DNA of 63,851 nucleotides, the filler included, from Hausera hauseri (lineage: Eukaryota): the NCBI GenBank assembly GCA_046269625.1. It is 11 parts of 11 records of this genome, joined end to end, with 100 filler letters (N's around TTAATTAATTAA, not from the genome) between each part and the next. Parts side by side here need not be neighbours in the genome. Positions count along the whole stretch, not along the records: positions 23,121 to 27,283 come from JBJURY010727545.1; positions 27,384 to 41,668 come from JBJURY010655440.1; 9 more parts are not named here. The stretch is one strand, 5' to 3'. Of this stretch, positions 23,701-33,775 are shown piece after piece; position 1 is the first letter of the stretch, and every line of letters starts with the position of its first letter. Made by a program: the position numbers and the translations under genes. The notes below the pieces were generated by a model. That model was not told the origin of the DNA and searched no databases. It saw only the letters and a list, made by a program, of their open reading frames with translations.

Positions 23701-24138
23701 GATTCACCTTTCCGGTGACCGATATCCGTCGTTGTCAAATTACGTAGCATATTGTCCAGTCTATTACTATTACTAGTCCATTTGTCTTCTTCCTTGTCAA
23801 ATAGTTTTGACCAAGTTAATTTGCAAGGCAACTTCCTCGCCGCTCTTCGTGCTAAGCTTATAGCTTTGTTGATTTCGTTCTCTCTATTAGGATTTATTTT
23901 GATAGCTAAGTATAGTAATACTTTTCTTAACTCTATTGGTGTTTTCTATTGGTGTATACCATACATTAAATATTACTTTTTTTTTATCAACTAGTGCATC
24001 ACCTCGAAGGCTCGAATAATTTACCATTTGTATCAAATTCTTCATTAACTCTCTTAATTCCTCATTGTTTGTACTGACAGTCGGAATCGACATTTGTCTC
24101 AATTCTCTAATTAATTTCCCAGTATAATCAACTTCTTC

Positions 24139-25018
24139 TCATGTCTTTTTAGGTCTACCGACTGGGCGTTTCTGTCTTGGGACATTGACTATCGTTTCAC
24201 TCAGCGGCACTAAATTCTTGTCGTATTGTTCCTTGTCCTCATCCGTATGCAAATACTCGAAATACATTGCAGCATTTCGGACTTCCATAATTTGTCCTAC
24301 GCATTGTTCTGCCTTGGCCTTACGCATGGCTTTTTCTTTTGTTTGTTCATAGGCTATTATTGCTATTATTCGATTCGTTTCATCGGAGTAATCCCGACAT
24401 CTATTAGTTGTTTTAGATCATCAAGTATTCTACCTCTAAAGTGAAATCTATAATTTAGCTCATCTGTTCCACCAATATTCAATAACCATTCTCTTATGTC
24501 CCTCACATAGGAATATGTAGTGAACTCGCATTCTTTTCGTCCATCCACTCGGTTGATACTATTACTTTCATCGTTACCTCAGGTTTAGCCCTAAAAATTT
24601 TAGCATATTTTCTTATCAGAAGTTTTGGCACCGTACTATAAATTGTATTTTCACTCGATAATTTAGTTAAGGTTGGAATAAGTTTTCTTAACTTACTTTC
24701 GGTAATGTTTACGTTAATTAGTTCAATTAAATCCTTTTCAGTTAGCACTGAATCTAGGAGCATCTCCACATTAAATTTCCTGTTCTGCGGACACGTTTCT
24801 ATTTCTTTTAGCTGTACTGAGGTCACAGGATTCTCGGCCGTTATCGCATCTAAGTACGCATCCCATTCCGGTTCATTACCAATATCTGGAAATCCATAGT
24901 CTACTAAGGCTGTATTCGTTCTTTGAACATTTTCTCGAATTTCTTCCAACCTTGGTTGTATTTCTTTCATCTGCGTAGTTCTGAATCCTATTCCGTTTCC
25001 ACAGGCATACTGAATCAT
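24139..25018 (-). pseudogene. Frameshifted ORF containing a ubiquitin-like domain
   Basis: Joined frames give MKVIVSTE-DGRKECEFTTYSYVRDIREWLLNIGGTDELNYRFHFRGRILDDLKQLIDVGITP, alignable by eye to ubiquitin. Ends RPVGRPKK. Confidence 0.6.
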
Positions 25019-25105
25019 TTTCAGTAATTCGCCTAATTCATTAGAATTAATGAATTCCTTTTGGTGGTAATTGCTTAGTTCGATAAATACATTTATTTTC
25101 CATCT

Positions 25106-27283
25106 TTATACAAATTCTCGCTTATTTCTGATTTCTAATTCCGTAAAGGCGTATTTATTCCGGTAGCTTTTGAACTCATTTGCCAGTTCATCTAGTCTCA
25201 TTGCTCTTTGTTTTGTTCTGATGCACGTTTCTTCTACTTGCTGTAATTTGAGCATTAGTTGTCTCATCCTCTCATCATTAATCCCCGCCATTTCTACTAA
25301 TAAGTAGGGTAATTTTTGAGTTGGTATCTATTGCATCTGACAATTTCTTTACGAACTTAGATTCCTGAAAACTAAGATGTTGGTTGTTTCCTATCTTTAT
25401 CAATTCGGTATGGCGGTTCTGATCTGATTTAGTCATCCGTTCTTGAGGCTTATGCAGAAATTTTATTGTGTCCGTTAAAGTGGCTCGGTGTTCCGGACAA
25501 ATGTCTAGGGTTTCGATGTCTTGGACAGGGATTTCGTCGATAGGCTTTTCTGTTAAATGTTGAACTCCTAATCGGATATTTCTCAGTTTTGGATAAAAAT
25601 TGCAAGTCATATTTCGCTTTACTGTAAAATTCGTCTCTTCGACAATTTTATAGATCTCTTCCAGTATTGTTGCTTCTTGTTTCTTCTTCATAAAATTGAG
25701 CCACCGTAATGCTTCGAATCGCGTTCGGATATCTATTTATGCTAGTATTGTATCTAAATTACGTGCGCTTCTAGAAATTATTTTTTCCGGTTTTCCACTA
25801 ATTTGCTTAATCGCATTACTAATTCGGACCATTCCGGCAATTGATTGGCGATTATTGGATTTGCCATTATAGCCTTATCTAGCATCTTATATGCATCTTT
25901 TAACTCATCGTCTGGTCCTCTTAGGAATTTCATAATCCGGCCGGCATAACTAAACTCGTCTTTATATTCATCCAATTCTACGATACAAGCCTTTACTGCG
26001 TATTTGGTTTCTTCGTTGTTTGGAGACATAATCCGATTTCTTAAGGTATAAATCTGTGCTCGCTTTTCATTTTCTATTTTGATCCGATTCTCTAGGTTTT
26101 TATATTGTTTGGGTACAGTAAATGTGAATTTTATCATCTCCATCAGGGCAGGAATATCCATTGAGTCTATACCCAATATTTCAAATCGACATCACTTCGA
26201 CTACTTACCGGTTTTTCCCTAAGCCGATTAATCATCACACCTTGTATTTCATCCATCATACCTTCTAAATTTCGGACTACTCTCTTCAGTTTTGTTTTTG
26301 TTTCTAAGGTAAATAGTGGCGCCTGAGACTTAGCGACTTTTATGTCGACGCTGTCTTCATTTTTATCCCATCCTTCTGAAAATTCGATTCCACTTTTAAT
26401 CCATGATTCTAATTCATGTTTTTATTTTAATAAGGTCTCAGGTGATACCTCTTCAGGTTGTCTCAAGTCGATTGCTTCGGCGAGTTTTCCTTCACTACAT
26501 AGTTTCAAACTTCTATATAACCTCTCAGTGCACTGTTGTTCCTTTCCGGATATATCGACCTGTTCGCTAATCTGTTTAAGCCTTTTTAAATTTCGCTGCA
26601 ATATCTCCGGATCATGGCATCTAATTCTCATTTTCTTTAATTCATCGGCATTTTTCCACAAACGTCGAACATTCCATTTCTTTGGATCGAAATCATCAGT
26701 ATTCTCCGTTTCTTCCTCACTAATAGGAAGTGGGCAAATCTTGTTAATTTCATTAATTGACTCTATAGACTCCGCTACCCCGATAGGTGTGAGTGAACCG
26801 ATCTCTGGTGTATTCAAACTATGATTCATGTCGCCTTTTGCAACGATATTCGGGTTTTCTGTTTTTTCAATTTTCTCTAATTATTTTGGAGCGTGAGCGA
26901 CTTCTACTTTTCGTTTTTAAAGAAGGGCTACGGCCTCTATTTTTCGTAATTTTAAGTATTAATGGCTCCATAAATTCTTTTTCTGCAGTGTCGTCATCAG
27001 TAGACTTAGCTACTCTTTTAACCGTAAACTCAGGCGCTTTATCTAAGTCGACTTCTGTCGAGGTGCCTGGTTTATCAGGTTTATTACTAGTCGGAACACT
27101 TTTTTTTCGTGTCATATCAATTCGTTTTGGTGTTATCGCGTGCTCGTAATCAGTTTATGGTTCTGCTAAACCATAATATACTTCTGGTAGTCTAAGTTTA
27201 TCTCCGTATTCTTTTCTAACCATCAGAATTTGTGGGTTAATAGTTTCAGGTTGAGCATCTAGAAGTTTTTCGTATGTCTTGTA
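25106..27283 (-). pseudogene. Run of co-oriented helical/charged ORF fragments of unknown function
   Basis: ORFs 26867-27115, 26422-26829, 25778-26176, 25278-25691 and 25106-25291, same strand and A-rich bias. Probably one or a few decayed long ORFs. Confidence 0.45.
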
Positions 27284-27383
27284 NNNNNNNNNNNNNNNNN
27301 NNNNNNNNNNNNNNNNNNNNNNNNNNNTTAATTAATTAANNNNNNNNNNNNNNNNNNNNNNNNNNNNNNNNNNNNNNNNNNNN

Positions 27384-27854
27384 TTTGCCCCTGAAGAAAT
27401 TATGTTTGGCCACAGGTTAGAGAACAGATACACGTTAGTGGACCTACCGTCCACTGACGAGAATCCCAAAACTAATGAGGAAGCCATCGAAGCATTTCTG
27501 AAACGCATTATTGAAATAAGACAAAAGTATGACAATAATAAAAATAAAAAGCATGCAGCAAATGCGACTTTTAAAAATAAGCATGCGAATGAGAAATGCT
27601 TTGCACTAGGCGACCTCGTTTTACATAGACAATTGCAGGTAAGCACTGGTACTGCCTCCAAGTATCGACCTCAGCTCACGGGTCCGTATGTCGTCCAAGA
27701 GATCGCCGGGATAACGGCGACGTGCAAGCATTTAGAATCGGGAAGAATAATCAAGGCTCACTTTTTGAACCTTGCACCATACAGGTACGACGAAAATACG
27801 TTCTACCCCCCCAGAGAGGCTCTTGGGCAGACCCTCGGGGGACAAAATATATAA
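27384..27854 (+). CDS. pol: Integrase C-terminal region
   Basis: FAPEEIMFG, FALGDLVL, KYRPQLTGPYVV (GPY/F motif). Confidence 0.88.
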   Translation, partial: FAPEEIMFGHRLENRYTLVDLPSTDENPKTNEEAIEAFLKRIIEIRQKYDNNKNKKHAANATFKNKHANEKCFALGDLVLHRQLQVSTGTASKYRPQLTGPYVVQEIAGITATCKHLESGRIIKAHFLNLAPYRYDENTFYPPREALGQTLGGQNI

Positions 27855-27960
27855 AAAGCAGCATTTTTGCTACAAACGGTACAGTCATTTGACTACCGTC
27901 GAAGTAGCAACATTCCTCCACAGAATAATACTGAAGTTCATCAACAACCAACAAGGTAAG

Positions 27961-30468
27961 ATGACATTTAAAGCTCTTGCTCTTGCTCTTGCTCTCACCC
28001 TTCTCGTGACTGCTTCGATAATTAAGAGTGAGGTTCTGTCAAAAGCTAATTTAATTTACATCAAATCAGACAGAACAGCTACAATTAACCCAACCTTTGT
28101 TAACTTCCATAGAACTTTTGATTACGCAGCCATAGAACTTAGCATGAAAACACTAGATGTTTTCCTGGGACTATATCGGTCGTTTTGCAGTAACACTGAT
28201 AGAGTATATTATGAAACACCTGAAATTAACTTCGTAAAATCCACGACTTTTCAACAAGCACAATACAGATGTAACGATCTTCAAGCTAACCTTCCTGAAG
28301 TAAATTCAGAAGAGGACGCAAGATTCCTAATAGATCAAATGAGAAAGTACTCAGTCGGACGCATATATGCAGGCATCGGATATTCCGAAGGCCGACATGT
28401 CGCACTATCAGACATTTCCGACATTAAATACAAAAAGACCATCCTTTGTGAAAATTGTACGGTCCTAACACAAGGACTCACACAAAGCGAATATGACAGA
28501 ATAGTAACACAACACGGTTCAGAAATCCATTTTTTATATGGCATTCATAAAGAACAATTAGTTATAATACCAAAAGCTCACGACCCTAAAAAAGATTGTC
28601 CCCAATATCCAGTCATTTGCTATGGTAGACGAAGACAAATGTCTAATTCATTACAATTAATAGCGAAGCAGTCATGCAAAAGGGATGAACTAGAAATGGC
28701 TCGAATCAACGCCAACCTAAAAGAAGAAATTTCGCAGTTCGTAACACCTTCTTCAAGATTTAAAAGAACAGTCAATGAACATTTATACAATGAATTAAAT
28801 ATAGAGCCTACTAGGGAAAAGAGAGCGACAAGAGCAAAGAGAGCTATTGGTTTAATAGGAGCTGGAATCGGAGCAGGTTATTTAGGGATTGAATCCCTAA
28901 ATAGCATGATCAATAACCTGAATCCATTCTCATTAATGGGAAAGGGACTCGCAGCAATTTTTGGGTTTGCAACAAGTCAGGATTTGCAATTAACACAAAA
29001 ACAATTAGAATTACATTCTCAAGCAATTAAAAACATTTCCATCAACCAAAACATGTTAATTGCCTCTCACCTTCAAGTCACAAAAGACATCGATCAATTA
29101 CAAAAAGCTTATAGAAAACAAGAACATGATATCGCAGTTCTTTTTACAAACCTTGACAATAAGATGTCTGTACGCAATCTCCAGACTTTGTTGCAAACCA
29201 CGCTATTAAAGATGTCGCAGGCTATTGCATCAGCCTTACAACATCAGCCGTCCCCTTACGTATTCGGAGTTGCAGATCTCAAAAACCTCACCACTCTTTT
29301 TCAAACAAACTATGTGCCTTTAACTAATAAGTTACAAGATGTTATTACAACCGTCGCTATCATTGAAAACATCATCACATTTGTTTTTTCGGCACCAATT
29401 TTAAACCCTAAAAATGACTTATTTCTTTACGAAATTAGAGATCTTCCAGTATACACTAATAATTTACAATACCGATCTAAATATCATAATAGATATCTTG
29501 CAATTAGTTTTAAAGATGATCAATATACAACTTTAACCGACTCCGAATACTTTAATTGTCGACAATATTTTGTTTGCACGGCTGCGACACCTTTCTTAGC
29601 AATTGGCCCAGACTCTCCATGTGAGATTCTGACGTTAAAATATGATACCCCGCACTGTGAACTTGAACTGTACAACGGGCCAGTGCAAAACTTTTTGACG
29701 TATGGCAACGTCACTTACTATTCTATAAAAGAACAAATTGAAGTCCACATTGTTTGCGAGGACTCCTCCCAGGCTCCCTTTAATAAACACCAAGTAATAT
29801 ACGGCGCTGGCAAATTACAAATTGCACCAGGATGCAACGTTAAAATATCTAAATTTGCAAACATTCGCCCGAGTTATATAGTCAGTCGCCATAATCTTGA
29901 TAGTGACACTTTCTTTAAATTCCTTCAGGTGCCTGGTCATTTGCCACACAAATACCCCACAACAATTGCACCTAGTAATGTGTCACGACCACCACTTCAT
30001 CTCAATGAAGTAAAAACTGTAGGAGAAGCTATAAACATAGTTTTTAACCAGGATTCGACTTTCTCAGAAATAATACGAATTTCTATTTACATAATTACAA
30101 TTGCATCGATCCTGGCAACAATTTACTGCTGCATTCCCCGATTCAGACTCTGGTTTAACGGTTGTTGTTTTATTGAAAAACCTACTAAATATTGGCGTGA
30201 CATTAAAGGATATAAAGTTCCTGATTTTATAAGTCGACACAGACAGTTGGAAGCAGCCAACACTTGCATAGAAATGGAAAAAGTCGACAACAATATTGAA
30301 AAAGTCACGGCCCCGGAACCAGAGAATAACCCAAAGCCTGAAAAAGATCCCAAAGAGGACATTTTTGAACCCCGCCCAGTAGAGGATGTGGCCCCTCCCT
30401 ACCCGTTCAACAGGCTTAATAGACTGTACAGTCCATTATTAATATCGCAAATAAGACGATTCCAATAA
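27961..30468 (+). CDS. env: F-type envelope glycoprotein with C-type-lectin-like insertion
   Basis: Signal MTFKALALALALTLLVTAS; furin sites RFKR, REKR, RAKR; Gly-rich fusion peptide; heptads; Cys-rich region; TM IIRISIYIITIASILATIYCC; cytoplasmic tail with PPYP. Confidence 0.88.
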   Translation: MTFKALALALALTLLVTASIIKSEVLSKANLIYIKSDRTATINPTFVNFHRTFDYAAIELSMKTLDVFLGLYRSFCSNTDRVYYETPEINFVKSTTFQQAQYRCNDLQANLPEVNSEEDARFLIDQMRKYSVGRIYAGIGYSEGRHVALSDISDIKYKKTILCENCTVLTQGLTQSEYDRIVTQHGSEIHFLYGIHKEQLVIIPKAHDPKKDCPQYPVICYGRRRQMSNSLQLIAKQSCKRDELEMARINANLKEEISQFVTPSSRFKRTVNEHLYNELNIEPTREKRATRAKRAIGLIGAGIGAGYLGIESLNSMINNLNPFSLMGKGLAAIFGFATSQDLQLTQKQLELHSQAIKNISINQNMLIASHLQVTKDIDQLQKAYRKQEHDIAVLFTNLDNKMSVRNLQTLLQTTLLKMSQAIASALQHQPSPYVFGVADLKNLTTLFQTNYVPLTNKLQDVITTVAIIENIITFVFSAPILNPKNDLFLYEIRDLPVYTNNLQYRSKYHNRYLAISFKDDQYTTLTDSEYFNCRQYFVCTAATPFLAIGPDSPCEILTLKYDTPHCELELYNGPVQNFLTYGNVTYYSIKEQIEVHIVCEDSSQAPFNKHQVIYGAGKLQIAPGCNVKISKFANIRPSYIVSRHNLDSDTFFKFLQVPGHLPHKYPTTIAPSNVSRPPLHLNEVKTVGEAINIVFNQDSTFSEIIRISIYIITIASILATIYCCIPRFRLWFNGCCFIEKPTKYWRDIKGYKVPDFISRHRQLEAANTCIEMEKVDNNIEKVTAPEPENNPKPEKDPKEDIFEPRPVEDVAPPYPFNRLNRLYSPLLISQIRRFQ

Positions 30469-30546
30469 TATCGCAATAAGACGATTAATAATGTATGAAA
30501 ACACGTGTATAAATAAATTTTTCAATTTTCCATTTGTTAATTTAAG

Positions 30547-32556
30547 ATGCATCAATCAACGACGAATCAATCAAAGACGAAACAATCAAAGACGAAGAAG
30601 AAACATGCTCCGGTCAGCGCAGCCAACCCTGTTTACGATTGGGATGACACTAGCCCCTTCAATCTCAAGCTCCAATATCCCAAGAACAAGTCAAGATTCA
30701 TGCAACTTGATGACCACTCAATGAGCAGCCCCATCATGTCTACGGTGGACAAAAAGCAGGAATGTCCACATAACCACACCACAATGCGTGAAGCAGGATC
30801 TAACATGTTTATAACCTTTCCTTATAAACCATCCCTCATGACACTTCTAAGACGAGTCATGACCACTCCAACTGACAAAACCATAAGTGCCTTTGTCCCC
30901 GATCCTCCACGAGTCTATGCAGGCTATCAAAACCACTGGAACATAGCAGTGGACACACCGGTCCTTTCCATCGTTGGTGCTTGTAATACCAACATTTCAT
31001 CACTCATCGTCACGAGAGAAACGTACGAATACGCCATGGTGAAAGTCATGGCATCCACTGCAAGAGAGCAGCACATCGTTGAATTCAAGGTACCATTAAT
31101 TCAACTCATTGAAACTGCTCCACACAGGATTGTTGTCGAGACGGCCTCCGCACTCGACATTGACGACCATCTCATCACGTACATCATCCATGCCCAAAAT
31201 CCGAAGGAGCCCTTAGCCATGATCAAGCTATGGAATCTTTCAACCTATGGATGCTCCAAACTCCATCTACAATCCGTGTACCAAGTCCCTCGTGTAGAAG
31301 TTACCGACGAACTACACATTCTCGGTCTCTCAGGTGACAGACTTACAACATTCAATGTCACTTTTCCCTACATCAAAGACCCAGTCATGACGATGCTGGA
31401 AGAACTAGACCTTCAAGCTATTGGGTATAGAACAAAGAAGACCTCAAAACCCAATTTCTCCCTCACAACCTTCGAGAAATTGCCCAACTGTGCCGACCTC
31501 AACCTCATGGCACGGATGACACCCCAGAAACCGACCTTCAGACACCCGTCTGAATGGGCCAACACCATCGTATTGCCAACACGTTCGGTCACCTACCAAG
31601 GCAAGATCCCAACGAAGCCATTCTTCTACCCTCCAGCAATCCGACACAGACCAGGAACGCCATACGGGGTAATCAAACCAGTCTTATTCCCCGCAGGTTT
31701 CCAATCCTATAGGAACCTATCAACAAACAAATTGACATCTGTGAAAGATGTCATCAACGATGTTGCGTTCAGCATTGGTTCTGATCAATTAGAGGATGGC
31801 TTAAAAGAATTCGCTCAGCAGTATGCCATCACACAAGAGTTTGTACGAGACAGCCTCTTGATGCCCTTTGAAGAATTCTACAAGAAGATACCCAAATGCT
31901 ATTACAACAAGCACAACCAACCTTACTTCATTCGATCGCCAGTGAAAGAAATCATGCCCGTCGACTGGATACACTCGACCAAACATCCAGCCGTTTCGGA
32001 TCGGACCACACAAGTAAAAATAATTGGTGAAAATGAAAACTTTGATTTTCCTGTTTGCAGTGACGACTGCAACCCAGAAGAATCCACCATTGCAATCAAC
32101 GGTGACGTCGAAACCGAAATCCTGCCGGACGACATCATCGACCCCGATTTCTGGTTCTCAGATGACCCACTATTCCCATCTGCAGACGAATCAGACGCAA
32201 CCATCAGAATGGACATGTTGCCGGCCGCTCCTTTACCTTCAATCCCGATTGAAGAACCTTCCAGAGTTAAACCCAGAAAAACGAAAGCCTCACGCAAGCA
32301 GGTTGCCCAAGATCCCATGTTGAGTGATGCCGCACTCCCTGATGACTTCCCTGACGCTTTAAAGATGATCATCGAAAGACTGAAACAAGCCGAGGCCAAG
32401 CCATTCAAATCTGAACAGCCGGTTGACGCGCACAAGACCATGTTTGAGAGCATTCCAGAAGATATGAAGAAGAAAATACAGAAGACTGCTATTGAAACTA
32501 TTATTAAGGCCGATAAAGATATCATTCATAGTATTAACATGAAACTTAAAAAGTAA
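30547..32556 (+). CDS. 669-aa orphan accessory ORF between env and LTR
   Basis: Long intact ORF: basic N-terminus, globular middle, acidic/Pro-rich C-terminus. No recognised domain. Confidence 0.8.
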   Translation: MHQSTTNQSKTKQSKTKKKHAPVSAANPVYDWDDTSPFNLKLQYPKNKSRFMQLDDHSMSSPIMSTVDKKQECPHNHTTMREAGSNMFITFPYKPSLMTLLRRVMTTPTDKTISAFVPDPPRVYAGYQNHWNIAVDTPVLSIVGACNTNISSLIVTRETYEYAMVKVMASTAREQHIVEFKVPLIQLIETAPHRIVVETASALDIDDHLITYIIHAQNPKEPLAMIKLWNLSTYGCSKLHLQSVYQVPRVEVTDELHILGLSGDRLTTFNVTFPYIKDPVMTMLEELDLQAIGYRTKKTSKPNFSLTTFEKLPNCADLNLMARMTPQKPTFRHPSEWANTIVLPTRSVTYQGKIPTKPFFYPPAIRHRPGTPYGVIKPVLFPAGFQSYRNLSTNKLTSVKDVINDVAFSIGSDQLEDGLKEFAQQYAITQEFVRDSLLMPFEEFYKKIPKCYYNKHNQPYFIRSPVKEIMPVDWIHSTKHPAVSDRTTQVKIIGENENFDFPVCSDDCNPEESTIAINGDVETEILPDDIIDPDFWFSDDPLFPSADESDATIRMDMLPAAPLPSIPIEEPSRVKPRKTKASRKQVAQDPMLSDAALPDDFPDALKMIIERLKQAEAKPFKSEQPVDAHKTMFESIPEDMKKKIQKTAIETIIKADKDIIHSINMKLKK

Positions 32557-32942
32557 AAAGGCTCTTACAGCCAAAGTAAAAATTGAAAAATTCAAAAGCT
32601 CTTAAAGCAACAAAAACAAAACGCGCACAATTCACAATTTTTGGATCCAAACTTTCTTTAGATTTAAAATTACATGCACCAATTTTTGAAAATCCATTGT
32701 TCCTTTTAACGCGAATAGGAATCTTTTATTATAAAAAGTAACCATGTATTTGTAACTCCCATACTCCCTTTTAGCGCGAATGTTTAATTAAAAAGTGACT
32801 ATGGAAATAACGCGAATGTTTTACAAACTTATTACAATTCAATTTCAATTCACAAAATGTTACTATTTTAATCATGTCATTTTGTCTCCAAAGGAGCAAA
32901 CCCCAGCGAGTGCACCCTGTTCTTTGCCCCTTTGAACGCGAA

Positions 32943-33428
32943 TGTAGAAAACATATTAAAATACGTAACTTACTTACATTTTGGACAAACTATGACTCAT
33001 CCTTTTTGCTAAAATCATGGTGAAATACCAAACCATGACTCATCCTTTTGCTAAAATTATGATGAAATACTTCCCCCAATTCAATTAAAAAGTTAATTGG
33101 ATTTTGCAGACATCGCATGTCAAACACCAATAAATCATTGCTGGCAGTAAAATCTCTGCCAACCTATAAAAGCCCAGCTTTCTTGTCATAGTTAAGTCAT
33201 AACAAATCCAGACTCTGATCCGCTAACTTGCCCCCTCCAACTTGTAAGTACCAAAACTAACTTTTCATTATCTGTAACTTAGCATAAGCTGAATAAAGAT
33301 ATGATCTGTTCTTGGACTTGTAAATCGGGAGGGATACAACTAAGAGAACACAGGAAGACTAGAGAATCATTCGCCTAGAATTTTTCTCCTCTTTGAGGTT
33401 TTATTCTAAGTCGAAAATCTAGCCTACA
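32943..33428 (+). repeat. Putative LTR (about 486 bp)
   Basis: Inverted termini TGTAG...CTACA, duplicated TGACTCA-containing block (32992-33028, 33035-33070), TATAAAAG 33165-33172, AATAAA 33292-33297. Only one copy, so the boundaries are inferred. Confidence 0.6.
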
Positions 33429-33628
33429 TTTTTTTCCTTTTTCATTTCAATTTTTTCCACAATGGATATTTTTTACGGAATAGCAACTCTGATAGCGTGT
33501 TTTGCTTGCTGTTTCGGACTGATGGTAACCTCCATTTAAACTGAGCTTTTATCATTGCACCATATTTCATGTCGCACGTTTAAATATGCCATTAGAACAT
33601 TTTGCATGCACCATATTTCATGTTATTT

Positions 33629-33708
33629 CACGAGTAGCCCATTGCACTCGTTATATTTCTATGTTATTTTAATATATAAATAACACGAGTAGCCCATTGC
33701 ACTCGTTA
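33629..33708 (+). repeat. Two identical 25-nt hairpin-forming repeats in the leader
   Basis: CACGAGTAGCCCATTGCACTCGTTA at 33629-33653 and 33684-33708, with an ACGAGT/ACTCGT stem. Confidence 0.85.
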
Positions 33709-33775
33709 ATTTTTCATATATTTCATGTGTAGACGGCATATTTAAACACATTTTGAAAAGCTCAGTTATATTTAT

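Noticed and set aside
27772-27960. Extended N-terminus of env as listed
   Set aside because: Non-ATG start. The signal peptide begins at ATG 27961, just after an acceptor-like site.
31923-32525. 200-aa antisense ORF within ORF4 as an HBZ-like gene
   Set aside because: Ser-rich shadow in register with the sense codons, with no independent evidence.
33461-33535. TGGATA... and TGGTAACC as primer-binding sites
   Set aside because: Neither matches a tRNA 3' end I can recognise, and neither directly follows the inferred LTR end.
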